From: Chrysemys picta bellii
Lineage: Eukaryota
Assembly: GCF_011386835.1 (NCBI RefSeq)
Contig: NC_088801.1
Location: 11,656,001 to 11,720,000, forward strand
Length of the DNA stretch: 64,000 bases
Reading direction: 5' to 3'
Below are positions 1 to 13,619 of this stretch, piece after piece. The first letter of the stretch is position 1. The number at the start of each line of letters is the position of its first letter. A program made the translations under genes and the position numbers. Under the pieces are notes generated by a model, which did no database searches, had not been told where the DNA came from, and was given only the letters and a program-made list of their open reading frames with translations.

Positions 1-1212
1 TTAAGTCAAAGCAAAAGTGGATCTATTAATACAAGACTGACAAATCAACTACTCCTCTGGGAGTTTTACTCAGTAGATTAAGAGGATATACTGGAATGAC
101 AATGCAAAATCATTTCCACATACATATGCAAGATCACAGCTGTAAAGAAAAGAATCTTTTGGAAGTAAAAACAATTTTTACTCATGGACTAATACAAAGA
201 TAGGGCACCCTGCTTTTTTGCTTGCCTTTCATGCTTTGCATTAGGCTCTGGTTTTGCAAGTGAAACCTCACACCCAGCTGCGTGCATAAGGCCACCATGA
301 GGAACTGAAATCCATTAACAGAAAGTGAAGAAGTGCAAAGAACAGGAAGGATCAGGTTTTTCACAATTCTCCCCGTTAGGCAATGAAACAGAGGAGGAAT
401 TAAGGATTTTGCCCACATGCTGGAAATAGGACTCTGACAAGGCAGGAAGTATGCTGAGGAGGAACCTCAGGTGGCCAGGTTTAAAAGCCAACAATTCCCA
501 GTGCTGGCAGAGAAATGTTGCATCAACATGACTGGAACTTTGTAACAAAACCTCAAATCACATAAAAGAATGGGCTTGGGAAAAAACCATAACTTAGGCC
601 AGTGTTTGCTAAGATGTTCCGGAATCTTTCAAGCAAACTTGATATTCAAGGGTTTCAAGCTCAAAAATGGTGCCAGATAAAACTCTCAGGTTTTGTTCCA
701 TGTAGTTCTTATTCCACACCCTTCCTTATTACCTACTGTACTACACAAGAGTGTTATGAGAATCAGTTAGCATTTGGAAAGCATTTCAGAAATGCAAAGC
801 ACTATATAAGTGTTAAGCAACTTCCAAGAGAGTCCCATGCAGAAGGTGCAGACTGCTTTGGGCAGGGTCTCTGCCCTCCTCTTCATTCATATTACACACA
901 GCCATCGCAGCTCCAACCAAGATCAGGACCCCGCACGTGTCAGGCATCCTACCAACACAGTGAGGAACAGCCACTGCCCTGAAGAGCTTACAAGAGAGAA
1001 GACAAAGGGTGAAGTGGTGAGGAAGGGAGACAGAGATATAAAGGGACTTTCACAAGATCACACACCAGACTGGTGGTAGAGCAGAGCTGGGAATTAAAAA
1101 GTCTATATATGAATTAATGTTAATAGGAATTTTGCAGCCAAATCTCTCAGCAGCTTTGAAAATCCCATCCTTAGTTCTTAAAGTGCGCGTTGGCTCACCC
1201 CAACTTACTTAC

Positions 1213-1416
1213 TTTTTACACTTAACACCCAGCTGGTGGACGTTCGACCCCTGGGGTTGAAGGCTGTACAGCTATAGGATCCACTGTCTCCCAAGTGGGT
1301 TTTCATCAAGCACAAGCAATGAATTCCATCCTCTTCATATATTTGGATGCCATCTTTTCCTTTTACAGGGGCTCCCTCTTTGAACCATTCCACATCTGGT
1401 TTTGGTTTCCCTGAAA
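1213..1416 (-). CDS. MYLK: MYLK coding exon 8 (204 nt), Ig3; equivalent of human exon 11
   Basis: (V)SGKPKPDVEWFKEGAPVKGKDGIQIYEEDGIHCLCLMKTHLGDSGSYSCTAFNPRGRTSTSWVLSVK. Acceptor catctag|TT, donor A|GTAAGT, phase 1 to 1. The gene continues beyond the left edge of the window. Confidence 0.95.
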
Positions 1417-2615
1417 CTAGATGATGCAAAGGTGGAGCATGGGGGCGAGGGCCATTAAAGATATTTCCCCATTATGATAAACCTTCACTTTGCCTATTAC
1501 ATTTTTTTTACCAGACATTGTAAAATATTCTGATACACAGTTACTGCTTATCTTTCCCCACTCATCCCAACCCTTAAAAAGACACTGACAACTTGAAAAA
1601 AGTCACACATACTTCTGTCTGAAAATTGTTCCTCTAGTGTTGTTACAAGTCACGCCTAAAATTGCTGTAATCCAGCTAGATTGGGGATAGGAGGTAGGGA
1701 GGAAGAAACATGTTACACTGTCTTCCCCTACCCTCAAGTTTGAATGATTTGTGCATTTAGCAGCACTTCGTGAATTGTCAATTTCTACTGTAAAATTGGT
1801 TACAGTCGTTGCTCAGTTTCTGCTGTTTGGCTAGGTCTTTCACACGGCAACAGGGAACAGAACAGTAAAAAAATTTAGAAAAAATGCCATTCCTTTAATT
1901 GTGCGTTTGCAAGGCCGGATACTTAATTTGACTCGGCACAGCAAGGGATGAGGCATGGGGGAGAATGGTGGTTACAAGAGTGAAAGATCACGAGATGTGC
2001 CTAACATCATAGACACATCTTGTTGGTACCTCTCTGGTTTTTGAGGGATGCGAACAGGAGGAGCAGAAACGAAGGGAGAAAATAAATTGGAAGAGCATCT
2101 ACTGTGTGTACAAGTGTGAAGTACAGAGAGGATAGACTGACTGAGGCAGAGGAGATATCAAGAAGGAGAAGAGTTGACACTGCACAAAGTCACTTGACTC
2201 TTAAGGCCCGATCGGAAGCGCTCTGAAGTCAACAGAAAGACACCCATTTACTTCAGTAGGCAGTGAATGAGGGAGGCCCTTAGGCCCAGATCCCCAATGT
2301 TATTTAAGCTCCTAACCTCTACGGAAGACAGTGGAAGTTAGGAGCCTAAATTCCTTTGAGAATCTGGGCCTTAGTGCCTCTGTAAAACAGAGAATATTTC
2401 CCTCCCTCACAGGAGTAGTGCGAGGCTTCACTAGTTCATGCTTGTAAAGTCCTTTGAGAAGGTGATAAAGAAGTGCTTAGCTTAATATACTATGAAAATA
2501 AACTACCCATATATACTCGTTCATTAGCCTGTTTGTTTATACGCTGACCCCCCAAGATGGATAAGCTAAAAATGGCAAAAACTGTATGACCCTTTCATAA
2601 GCCAACCCTATATTT

Positions 2616-2845
2616 CAGGGGTTAGCAAACTTTGGCTCGTGGCCCGTTAGGGTAAGTCACTGGCAGGCTGGGACATTTTGTTTACCTGGAGGGTCCACAG
2701 ACACGGAGCTCCTCAGGTCACAGTGGCCACGGTTTGCCATTCCCAGCAAACGGGGGCTGCGGGAAGTGACGCGGGCCGAGGGATGTGCTGGCTGCCACTT
2801 CCTGCAGCTCCTATTGGCTGGAAACGGCAAACTGAACAAGTATAT
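2616..2845. mobile_element. hAT-type element end fragment
   Basis: CAGGGGTTAGCAAACTTTGG start. The internal motif CTTCCTGCAGCTCC(T/C)ATTGGC recurs at about 61480-61650, next to a reverse terminal GTTGCCCACCACTG. Confidence 0.6.
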
Positions 2846-3847
2846 ACAGTATTCAGAGAGTCCTCTGGAACCTTCTCCACTCCTGACTCACTGGGAGGGT
2901 AATAGAAAATATATTCTTTATAGAGTGAGGAAGACACATCAAGAAAGGAAATCAATGACTAGATTTTTTCCTGCCTAAAATGTAAAGCCATCTCTCTCTT
3001 TTTTTGAGAGAGCTATTTGATGTGCAAAGACTACATTAAAATACCAGAAAATGCTTCAAAATTATTTTCTACTAAATTGCAATAAAAATGGAAATTCCTC
3101 ATATTTTCGTCAGGGAATGGATTAAAATGGATCATGCATACCATGATATGCAGCCAAAAAGCCCTCCACGGCTCCTTTCTCTTCTGAGAGGTTAAAATCT
3201 GATCCATTTCTGAAGAAGAGGAAACATTGAGCCAGGGCCTTTTAATTATGACCTTCTGTAGTTAAATCATTAGAAACACTTGCCTAAACACCAGGGGCTA
3301 GACTGAGCCCTAAGCAGGAGGTGATGTGCAAGCAGTGTGACTCCACTACAATTCCTGCTCTACTCCGTCCCTTGCTCCAGGGGACAGTAACTTCAGCTTA
3401 CTTATCCTCTTTTACCAATTCAGCACCAGAGGTCAGCATGCTGGAGAAGGGGACAGAAGCAAGAATCTGCTGGTGGGGCAGGATAAGGAGGGAGTGAGCG
3501 CTGGGCACACAGTCCATGGTCAGCCATTCTGCACCTGAGCCTTGATGCAGGGAGCCCTACAACAGCCAGGCAGGAGAATGGCCTTGGGCTCCTATTCCTT
3601 CTTATTCCCCTGAACAGCCATATTAAGGTCTGGCCCTGTATAGAAATCACAGAGACAGAACACCACAATGGTGTGCAGTGGAATAATGATTTTGCTGATG
3701 CAAGTGTGGAGTGCCACAGAAGAGCTGTTTTAAGAATGGTTTAGGAAGGAGGAGAAACCTGCACTGAAGAGTGAAGTATTTCCCCATTATTCCATCTACG
3801 GGAACAGAGCCCTAAATACTGGGTTCTTTGAGCTTTCATCCCTTTAC

Positions 3848-4425
3848 CTTTGCTTTTGAATTTGACCTCCTGGCCTTCTAATACTTCCTGGCTTTGTGGA
3901 CGGCTCTCAAACTGCGGAGGGACTCCCTGAGGCTCCCTCTTCTGCTCTGTTGTGCTCTTCCTTGTTCCAACTCTGTTTTCTGCTTCCCTACTCCTTGGAC
4001 CAGCTTGTCTGATGAGAGACGCAGTTTGTCGAGTTGTCATCAGGGGCTGTGTGGCCCCTTTCCTGTCCTCATCCTGTCCAGTAGAAATGGCCGTGGATTC
4101 TGCCTTTGGTTCTGGTTGCACTTTAATGGCTTGCAGTGTTATGGTACTGGAAGTTTTCTGTAGGCCCTGAGATCCCCTCGCTTCTCCTTTAGATTCCTGA
4201 GCAGGTTCTGTGTTAGTTTCTCTGAGCTGTCGTTGTCTATTGTCCTTGGCTTCTTTGGAGGAGATAGAAGAGGCCTCTTTCTTAACTGCTGTCCTCTCTT
4301 TGGTTTCAGCTGTGAGGCCAGTGCTGCTGGATTTCAGTTCCTTAGCAATCCCATTGCTAGTTGCCAGTTTGAATTCTGAATTTTCAATAGCTTTGGTTGC
4401 AGTGGAAGTTGATTTTGTTGGAGTG
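3848..4425 (-). CDS. MYLK: MYLK coding exon 7 (578 nt), low-complexity linker plus start of Ig3
   Basis: Open frame checked by hand: TPTKSTSTATKAIENSEFKLATSNGIAKELKS...LQKTSSTITLQAIKVQPEPK...PPQFESRPQSQEVLEGQEVKFKSK. Acceptor cccttcag|C, donor G|GTAAAG, phase 2 to 1. Confidence 0.94.
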
Positions 4426-6319
4426 CTGAAGGGAAATTATTTATTTAGCGATATAATCAATGGCTTGTAATAATTAGTACTTATACAGCACTTTAGCTTC
4501 AGAGAACTTTGCAAACAGTCATAGTTTATAAGACCAGCAGGGATCATTGTGATCATTTAGTCTGACCTCCCGTATAACACAGGCCACAGGACATCCCTGA
4601 ATTAATTCCTGTTAACTAATTAACCCCCACAAAATCCCTGTGAGATAGAGGTTAATATTATTTACCTCTATCTTGTAAAGGGGAATAAATGGCTTGTGCC
4701 ACAGAGTGACTCAATGCAGAACCTGGATTACAAAACAGGAGTTGCTGGATCCCATTCCTCTGCTTAGGCCCTCTTTTACATGACATGGGTCAGCTTCTGA
4801 TCTTACATACACTGTCTGAGACTTACAGTTCATTCCATTTACATCTAGGGAGTGACAGTGGTGTAAAATCGGTGTAAGTGTGAATGGATTCAGGCCACAT
4901 ATATAAATGACTCAAAACACTGTATAAGTTAACTTCCTGTAGATAATTCTAGTTGACTATTTTCACTGTATTATGCTGCTTATTAAACATACAGTAAAAG
5001 TCTCAAAATGCCTAAGTGATTTGGGAACCTAATTTATATTAACTTTCAATGAGACTTAGGCTCTTAAGTCCTCAAGTCTCTTGAAAATAGGACTAAGGCT
5101 TGCAAGTCACTTAAACACTTTTGAAAATTTTACCCATAGTGCCTAGGGGCCTCAACAAGGTTAGGCTGGATAAATAACTGCATCAGGCTTGCACTTGTGA
5201 TTGTACAATGTTATGGTTTACAAAACATACCAGTTCTCCTATTAATAAGATACAAAGGAGGAGGAGCTCTACTTCTTGAGACCTCAGGACATTGCAAGCT
5301 CTGGTGAGTAGCTCAATTTTACTGTTAAAAAGCATGTTACCAGGAGAAGCCTAGGTCTTAGCATTGTGGTAGGATGAAATTTTGAAAAGCACTCAGTTTT
5401 GGCCTAGTTCTGCTTCCAGCAGAGCTGAGCACTTTTGAAAATCCCACTCCAGATGTGTTGGGACAGAAATCCAACATCCTGAATGGTCTAAAACTCAGAG
5501 TTGGGGATACGTTCAATAAACTAATACGGGCCTTGATGACTCCATGAAGCAATCTTGTACATCCTGGTTAGCACTGGTTAAAACTTTTCATTCATACATT
5601 TTTTTCCTATTAAAATGCTTTTTCTTCTATTAAAAATGCTTTTTCTTCTAACTGAAAATGTTTCTTTCATTTTTCAACTTAAAAAAATTAAAAATTTTCC
5701 TCAAAACTTTCAGAAAAAAATTGAGAGAACATTTTTCATTTCTTATACCTTTTTTTCCACAGGAATATTTATCATTCTGACCAGATCTAATCCTGGACTT
5801 TCTATGTGGAGGACTCAGAAGCACAGTATATACTTGTATATGGAAGGGGCACAGGTATTCCATAGTCATTGTTTACACTGGTTACCTGGAAGATGTGTAT
5901 AAATCCTCTAGACTACTTTGAAAATCTCAGCAATCATTTCTAGAACTCCAACCTTCCTTTACACTTCAGCAGACACAATAATTTAAACATAAAGCTAGTC
6001 CTGCAGAAGTATAAAATTGTTCCGTTCCCAAAATTTGTTTTCCAGAAGGACTAAAAAAGTAACCTTTTCTAAACGTATGAAAATAGAAATCATAATCACT
6101 AGACCCATTTCTTACTTCTCTAGTTTCAGTTTTTAATTAAGATTCATGCAGTACTGTGCTTTTAAGAAAGATCTGCTCCATACTGACATGATGTATACAA
6201 GTGTTCTCAGCATGAATTAGGGGAGTGTTCAGAGCAGGCAACCTCTTGTTTCATACCGTTCACGTCGATACTGTAGCCAGTCCACATTTGGAACTCCTCC
6301 TTGAAGACAATGTACATAG

Positions 6320-6859
6320 TGTGGCAGACCTTCGTCTCGCCAGACCTGGCACTTCCCCATCTGCTTGCATTGGGCTTGGGGTAAATCAGCCCCACTCTGA
6401 GCAGTGTTTGTCTTCCCCGCTCTGTGCTACTCTGGCCATATGTTCAGGGTAGGCTTAAGGGGCGAGCCTCCACCAAACAAAAAGGAAACAGTCTCACAAA
6501 CACAAAAACAAAGGGGGATACCTTTTCCTGCCCCCTCGCTAGGGCAGAGAGTTGTCCTGTTTGCTCCGGGGTGTCAGTTCTTCTCCTAGCAGACACTCAT
6601 GTTCAGCTGTTTCCTCTATGGGAAGGAGCACAGCCTCTCACCCTGGGGAAGCTTATTTCCCTATTGCCACTAGCCTGACAGCTGCAGAGGAGGGGCTTTA
6701 AAAGGTCTCAGGCAGTCCCTTAATTGGATGCAGGTGCCCCTAATTGACCTGAGGTAACCCCTTCTCAGCTTGTAGGAAAGAGGGCCTTTAACATTCTAAG
6801 GCTAACATATTGGCCCTCCACCAGCCTCCCGCCAGGCTGCCCGGCCTGACTTTGTTACA
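6320..6859. mobile_element. Probable solo LTR
   Basis: TGTGGCA...TGTTACA termini, about 540 bp. TSD not convincing (ATAG / CGAG). Confidence 0.45.
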
Positions 6860-7174
6860 CGAGAAACATCAGAATTTTCCCTTACAGGTCAGATCAGTGG
6901 TCTGTCTCAAACAGAATGCTGCCACCAACAGCGACCAATACTAACTGCTTCACAGGAGGTACAAGGTATCCATTATGAGATAATCTGTCCCTGAGTAAAG
7001 TTTCCTTCTAACCCCCAATAGTTAGAGTTGACTTACACTATGAAGAAGGAGGGTTTGTTTCTCTTTCAGTGGAGTTTCATGCTGCAGTTTCAAGACCACA
7101 GTATATTGCATTTTAAAAGATCGGAAAAGGGAAAATGTATTGAATGAAAAACATACCATAATGGGTGAACATAC

Positions 7175-7193
7175 AGGTCTGTCTTATCTGAAC
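7175..7193 (-). CDS. MYLK: MYLK 19-nt micro-exon (coding exon 6; not in ORF track)
   Basis: tttttatttcag|GTTCAGATAAGACAGACCT|gtatgt gives (G)SDKTD(L). Phase 1 to 2 is exactly what is needed to join 11012 to 4425 in frame. It resembles chicken GPDKTD as recalled. Confidence 0.88.
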
Positions 7194-8248
7194 CTGAAAT
7201 AAAAATAAAGGAAACATATTATACTAAATACAAACCTTGGAAATGTCAAAATAAAGCTTTAGGCAAAGTTCATATTTTGGAGAGTCAATTTTTTTGTATG
7301 GGAGCCAAATTATGGCTTGCCACCCGAGGAAAGTTGATATGGATCTAAATCATACCCACTTTTTGCTGAGTCACTGGACCACAACAGATTCATTGACAGA
7401 TCTTGACTCCCAACCACAAGTGCTGACTGCTTAACTGAAATGGCAAGAGGTCTTGGCTCAGTTTAAGATATTTCTGGATCTAGCAACTGCAAGGCCCACT
7501 GAAAACTAAAGGGTTTTGTCAGACTGAAGTGTTCTGGGTTAGAAAAGGCAGGCAAATATGATATTCCAGCTGGAGTCAGCTCATTAATTCTTAATGGAAC
7601 TTCAGAGAGGATGTGGACCTGGGCAGGCCACTCATCCTCTGTATTTGACCTAAAAAGTGTAATTACAAAGATGCTGAATCAGGTGTTCTGGTTGTAAACT
7701 GTGTCCAGCCACAAATTCCTGACTAAGCGTTAGCTGGCGGGTAGAGATTAACATGTTCAACACAAAGACAAACAATGGCATAAAAATGTAACCAACATAT
7801 TGAATCTTTCACTTTTGGAAGAAATGTTCTGGCATGGAAGCTCACACAGGGCTTACAATGAATCCAGGGATTCAAATTGCTCAGTGTAGTTTACAGCCCA
7901 AAACAGAGATTTAGTTTTCTTCTTATTCTAAAAGACCCTAATTATTCTAGGTCTTTTAGTCCCAGTTACATCTGTCCCTGCGTGGGTATGCCAGGAGGGA
8001 AAGATCCTTCTCCCACACTTATGCACATCGAAGTGGTAGCCATAAAGGGGCTGCCAACTCTGCAGAGTGCAAAGACAGGATGCCAGTTAGTGCAGTCTGC
8101 TGCGCTCTAAGTCTGCAAGCACAGGAAAGCACTGGTTGCAGTACATGGTGACCAGATTTTTAAAGTGAACAACCAGGACAGCAGTTCAGGGAAGGAGGGC
8201 AGCATAAGGACCAGTTTTAGATCCCAATACAAGAAAGCACTTTAAGCA

Positions 8249-8420
8249 CAGTGGTTTGAGCATTGGTCTGCTAAACTCAGGGTTGTGAGTTCAGTCCTTG
8301 AGGGGGCCCACTTAGGGATCTGGGGCAAAATCAGTACTTGGTCCTGCTAGTGAAGGCAGGGGGCTGGACTCAATGACCTTTCAGGGTCCCTTCCAGCTCT
8401 ATGAGATAGGTATATCTCCA
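8249..8420 (+). mobile_element. Second copy of the tRNA/CR1-tail SINE family
   Basis: Shares GGTTTGAGCATTGG-CTGCTAAAC-CAGGGTTGTGAG and GGTCCCTTCCA-CTCT with 11599-11775. Confidence 0.82.
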
Positions 8421-8439
8421 TATATTATATTATTATTAT

Positions 8440-8800
8440 TTTTACTCTCACTGTTAAAAAATATGCATCTTATTTCCAGTCTGAATTTGTCTAGCTTCAA
8501 CTTCCAGCCACAGGATCATGTTATACCTTTCTCTGCTAGACTGAAGAGCCCATTATTAAATATTTGTTGCCCATTTAGGTACTTATAGATTGCAACCAAA
8601 TCACCCCTTAATTTTCTCTTTGTTAAGCTAAATATAGTGATAGTGATAGACTCAAAGAGCTCAATCTATGGCATGTTTTCTAATCCTGTAGTTGTTCTTG
8701 TGGCTCTTCTCTGAACCCTCTCCCATTTCTCAACTTCCTTCTTGAACCATGGACACCAGAACTGGACAGTATTCCAAAGAAGTGTTTTCATTCAGTTTTC
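8440..8800 (-). mobile_element. CR1 LINE ORF2 fragment
   Basis: The minus strand contains GAATACTGTCCAGTTCTGGTGTCCA, a decayed EYCVQFWCP-type motif of CR1 ORF2. Confidence 0.7.
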
Positions 8801-11011
8801 CAAGTTCATTGTAGTGTACTTCACTCTCAGGAGGCTCAGACTAGCATTTTGGCAAAGTGCACAACCACTTGTTGTGGGAGATCCAGATTCAGATATTGGG
8901 CAGGTAGTGTTTAGAAGCATCAGAGAGGCAATACTCAGCCTCTAAAAGGCAATGTTTCCCATCCTCTGTGCATCAGCGGCAGGTTTCAAGTTGAACTACT
9001 GTGCTATAGGCCAGCTGTGAGACTGGGACTGCAGCACAAAGGAATTTAATGGCTGAGACGAAGGAAGAGGTGAGGAAATACTGAATGAACCATGCTCAAG
9101 GTGAGCCATACATTTGAATCCTTGTCTCAGGGTAGAGATGAGAGATGTGGTGCAATCAGAGCACTCCACAAAGAGTGAACAAAAGACTCTAAAGGTACAT
9201 AGGACAAAAATAACCCATCACAACCTTGCAATTAGTCTGGCCATAAACAAACAGTTACCAAAATTTTTCACTGAAGAAGTAAGCTGAATCCCAGTTGAAA
9301 GATGACCAGTTAAAGATCCATAAAAAGCTTAACAAACCTCAGCTGGCTAAAGACAAAACAGTGCTACATGACCCTATCAATTAAGAGAACATTCTTTCCA
9401 TCCTCCACCCGACTGTGGAAACTTGGAAGAAATAAAGCTCTTGGAACAAGATTATCTATACAAGAGATCTACATAGCTTTGCTTAAAAATAATGCAATAA
9501 TTTCAATTGTATGACTGCCTGATAATGCTTTACAGAACTTCCTACTAGCTGATTTAATTGATACTTAAAGAATTAGATATGGGAGGTTAGAATGGTAAAG
9601 GCAGCTGATAAGATAAATACACTACCATGTAACCTCCTTTTTACTAAATGCCTGGGGCCCATAGTCCTCTCCTGTTCTGAACGTACTGATCCAGGAAAGA
9701 CTGTGCCCCATAATTAGGGATGCAGTTAGCATTTGAAATGTATACACAATGTGGCTGAACTGTTGGTTCTCAGCCCTCATCCTGTCCCAAGACAGATGTG
9801 TTCATTATACACAGTAGGATCATTAACCTGGCGGGAGCAGTCAGAGATTCAGTCACATATTTAATAAAAGGCTCAATGAACAAAAAACGGTCTGAGTAAT
9901 ACATGGGCAAATGGGGTCTCTCTAGTGGCTGACCACAGTGGTTACACAGATTGATACTTGCTCACAGCACTCCTTTTAGGTTAAGTAGCACATGCTTGAG
10001 TTCAATTCCCATTGTCATTTGTACACATATAACCTTGTTGCTCCTCAAAATGACTCCCCAGATGGGACACAGACTCCCGTGGACCTCAGATGATTGCAAC
10101 AAGCTGGTGTAATAGGGGCATATGTAATGTATTTGCTTTGTGCACATAGCTGGCCCCAGTAGTTGCAACAGCCTACTTCTTCCTTAGAGATAAAAAGACT
10201 TCTACTGTAGCTCAAGTGATAGAGGCCTATGCTTTTGGTGTTGATGTACAAGCATGAGCATCAACCCAGAAAATTAACTATATATGTCATGACAGATGTA
10301 GCACACATGTTTATACAAATCTATTTTTTCCTTTTAATTACAGATAGAAGAGGACAGGGCTGGGAGCTAGGAACACCTGAGTTTTAAACTCAGCTTTTTA
10401 TCTCTTCTTGTGCGGGTTTGGGCAAGCTTCTTAACTTCCCCATGTCTCTGTTCGCCCCTCCACACGCATCTATAAATATAGGTATACTAATAATAATAAT
10501 GCTTTACTACTCAAAGGGGAATTGTGAAGATTAATATTCATACAGTGCATTGAAAGAATAAAGAACTATGACAGTGCTAAACACAATTACTTAACAATCA
10601 TGGTAAAAGGATTTGCCCCTCCCCATCCCAAATGAGGCACTCTCTGAAGGTATGATTACTGTATTTAATTACATATGTAGAATTTCCACTTGCTGAAATT
10701 AAAAAATATCAAGCTCCAAAGTAACAAAAGTAAAGTGAAATGCTAGGTCCTATGGGAAGTGATAAGAGAACATTTTGACAGTTGCATTCGGACAGTGTTT
10801 CTAGTTGTAGCACTGTGCTGCAGGTTTTGATACATCAAAATGTCATTCCACAGAAGGGGAGGGGGCACGGGAGGAGAGAGAGCGCAAGAGAGAGCGCGTG
10901 CTTAGGGGGGAAAAAAATCAACACTTGTATTCAGACATTGCTGAAAGCAATGATTTAAGAACACTTTGTAATGTACTTGTGTTATTCCCAATTAATCTCT
11001 TTTTGTTGTAC

Positions 11012-11177
11012 CTTGAACCATGAGTTCTGCAGACACGGATGCCTTCCCAGCGCTATTCATCACGGTACAAGTATAAGTTCCAGCATCAGTCAGACGAACA
11101 TTTTGGATTTCCAAGAACTGGATGCCTGATTTCTCAAACATGTTGAAACGATCTTTTTGCTGCAACTGAATATCACC
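11012..11177 (-). CDS. MYLK: MYLK coding exon 5 (166 nt), Ig2 C-terminal half
   Basis: GDIQLQQKDRFNMFEKSGIQFLEIQNVRLTDAGTYTCTVMNSAGKASVSAELMVQ-G. Acceptor ctttgcag|GGT, donor G|GTACAA, phase 0 to 1. Confidence 0.96.
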
Positions 11178-11598
11178 CTGCAAAGATCACAAAACAACCC
11201 CATTAGAGAGACAGTCATGGAAATAAGCAGCTTGTGGTAAAAGACCACTCCATTGTCCCATGTTGTTCTTTCCACTTATCTCTCAGCCAAATACCTTCTG
11301 TGGCTAGTACCCAGCCAGTATAAACAAACATTTTGGGTTCAAAGCTTTATAATTCAAATCTGCAGGAGACTGCTTCTCCTGGATTTTGCCACCCCTTATT
11401 TCCAATCTAGTCTGAATTTTCATCATTCACATTAGTATCCTTAGAAAATTAAATTTACTTTTACTGTATAGGCAACTGAAGCAGTAATACATTTTATTTC
11501 CTTTCCTGAGAGATGGGCATCACATTTTAGAATTATAGTTACAGAGACTTTGGGGCCAATTCTCCATTGTGCTATGGCCCTTTTATGCTGCTCTTTAT

Positions 11599-11775
11599 GC
11601 TAGCTCAGAGGTTTGAGCATTGGCCTGCTAAACCCAGGGTTGTGAGCTCAATCCTTGAGGGGGCCATTTAGGAATCTGGGGCAAAAATCTGTCTGGGGAT
11701 TGGTCCTGCTTTGAGCAGGGGGTTGGACTAGATGACCTCCTGAGGTCCCTTCCAACTCTGATATTCTATGATTCT
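11599..11775 (+). mobile_element. Turtle tRNA-derived SINE with CR1-type 3' tail
   Basis: TAGCTCAGAGG (A box)...GAGCTCAATCC (B-box-like)...GGTTGGACTAGATGACCTCCTGAGGTCCCTTCC...ATTCTATGATTCTA tail. Confidence 0.85.
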
Positions 11776-12261
11776 AAGGAAATACCCACTGCCTAAGAGA
11801 GGTTCCTGAGGCAGCACAGAGCTGCCAGAGAGACCCAGTACAGTCCCTCTCTGGCATAGGGAGCATCTCAGAGGTAGACTGTAGGGAGCAAAAGGTCTTG
11901 GGCTACTGTAGTACAGCTATTCTCTGCTTTCCTTAGGTCATTGGAGGCCACAGGAAGCAGAGTGCAAGTTAGAACAAACCGTTGCAGGGCCTAGAATATA
12001 GTGTGTGTAAAGGTGGATAAAAGCCATATTTGGCCCCCACCCTTTCCATTCCTGTGCCAACAATTGAGCCTCTTATGTTTGTAAATAATATTAAGATTGG
12101 GGCACAAATAAATGCAAGACCTATCAGAACTGTAAGTTCTGGTTGACACTTCACCCTCAAAAATAGTCAAAGTTGCCGGACTAAAGACATCTACCTATCT
12201 TAACAGTTGTTCCTAATACTTAATCTATTTTATCTAATCTTAATATCTTTATTTTAATTTA

Positions 12262-12675
12262 TCCAAGGGAAGGTTAAAATGTGACTTGATCATGGTCTGG
12301 AAGTATCAATATGGAAAGAAAATTTCTGATAATGAAGGATTCTTTGATCTAGCGGACAAAGAGATAATCTCCAATGGCTGGAAGCTGTAGCTAGTTAAAT
12401 TCAGACTAGAAATAAAGCCCCCCCCCACCTTTTTTTTTTTTTTAAAGAGGATAATTAAACACTGAAGCAACTTACCATGAAATGTGATGGGCTCTCCATC
12501 AATTGAAATCTTTAAAACAATATTAGGTGACTTCCTAAAAGATAGGCTCTTGTTCAGTCACAAGCCATGGGCTTGATATTTCACTCATTAATTCCTATTC
12601 TATGGCCTGTGTTACACAGGAGATCAGTCTTGATGAGCATAATGGACCCTTTTGGCATTACATTCTATGTATCTG
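12262..12675 (+). mobile_element. CR1 LINE 3' fragment
   Basis: Degenerate ORF2 C-terminus (AATGGCTGGAAGCTG...TTCAGACTAGAAATAA), 3' UTR and ATTCTATG tail. Further CR1 pieces lie on the minus strand at about 4515-4620 and 60020-60330. Confidence 0.75.
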
Positions 12676-13619
12676 AGACTAAGCAAGCCATTGTAAGCAA
12701 ACCAGTGCATGTGCTTCAGTAGTCTTTGCTAACAGATGCCACAAATTTTCCTATTCTAAATACAGGCGGAAATTGTACTCTCCCCAGCAGCATTGTATGG
12801 TACTTGTTGGTAGATGTTGAATTTTTAACACCTCTGATGACTCAATAACTTCCTCGTGTCTGAATATTATAAATCCTAGCTGAAAGAAAATTCGGTTAAA
12901 CCAATTGACACCATTGTCCTGGGGATCCAACAAGAACTACTGATCTTTATGAATTAGCAGGTAAGCAAAGTAAAAGGAAAGAATAAGGCATCCCCAAATG
13001 GATCTGATTCATTCATTCTAAAAAAGTGTACGTTAGTTTTACAATGCCTCACGATAACACTCTGCTGTTAGATCTTTGCTAAGAAAGGGGAAGAGACTGC
13101 CACTTGGCAGAGCAAGTTATAAAACACGGATTAATGAAATGCAGATTAGCTAAAGATCCTTGGGACTGGGACTTTCTTTTATTATATTTTTGCATGGTAG
13201 AGTGGAGCCCTGAGCACTGGCTGATGCCCCTGGGCATTTCTGTACCTCAAGACAGACAGAAAGACAGATTTATGATAGTGGCCAGTAACTGGAAACGTGT
13301 TCTTTCAATTATGAAACATTCCCACACCTTTAAGCATTCCCCCTCCTTTGCTGATTCATGGGATTGTTCAATTTTTGGCAGAGAACCTGTATGAGCAGAA
13401 GAAATGAAAACCAGTGAGAAAATTCCCTACATTTTCTACCGCCTGGTCAATAGTCCTTGCTGTGATGTAGAAGACAGGGGAAGAGAGGAAGACAAAAGAA
13501 TTAATGTTCAATTCTCTAATTTTGTCTGGGTTGCAAGCGAGGGGAAGAATTTGCCCCCTCGGTGTTGTGCACAGGTTTCTTGACATGCAGTATAGTTTAT
13601 ACTATCACAGTCACTGGAG

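Noticed and set aside
1-1200. Expected next MYLK exon (human exon 12 equivalent, VAP.FSSVLK...)
   Set aside because: No matching translation seen by eye on the minus strand; it probably lies outside the window.
11599-11680. tRNA-like sequences (also 8249-8310 and 25960-26010)
   Set aside because: No complete cloverleaf. They continue into SINE or LTR bodies, so they are tRNA-derived repeat heads, not tRNA genes.
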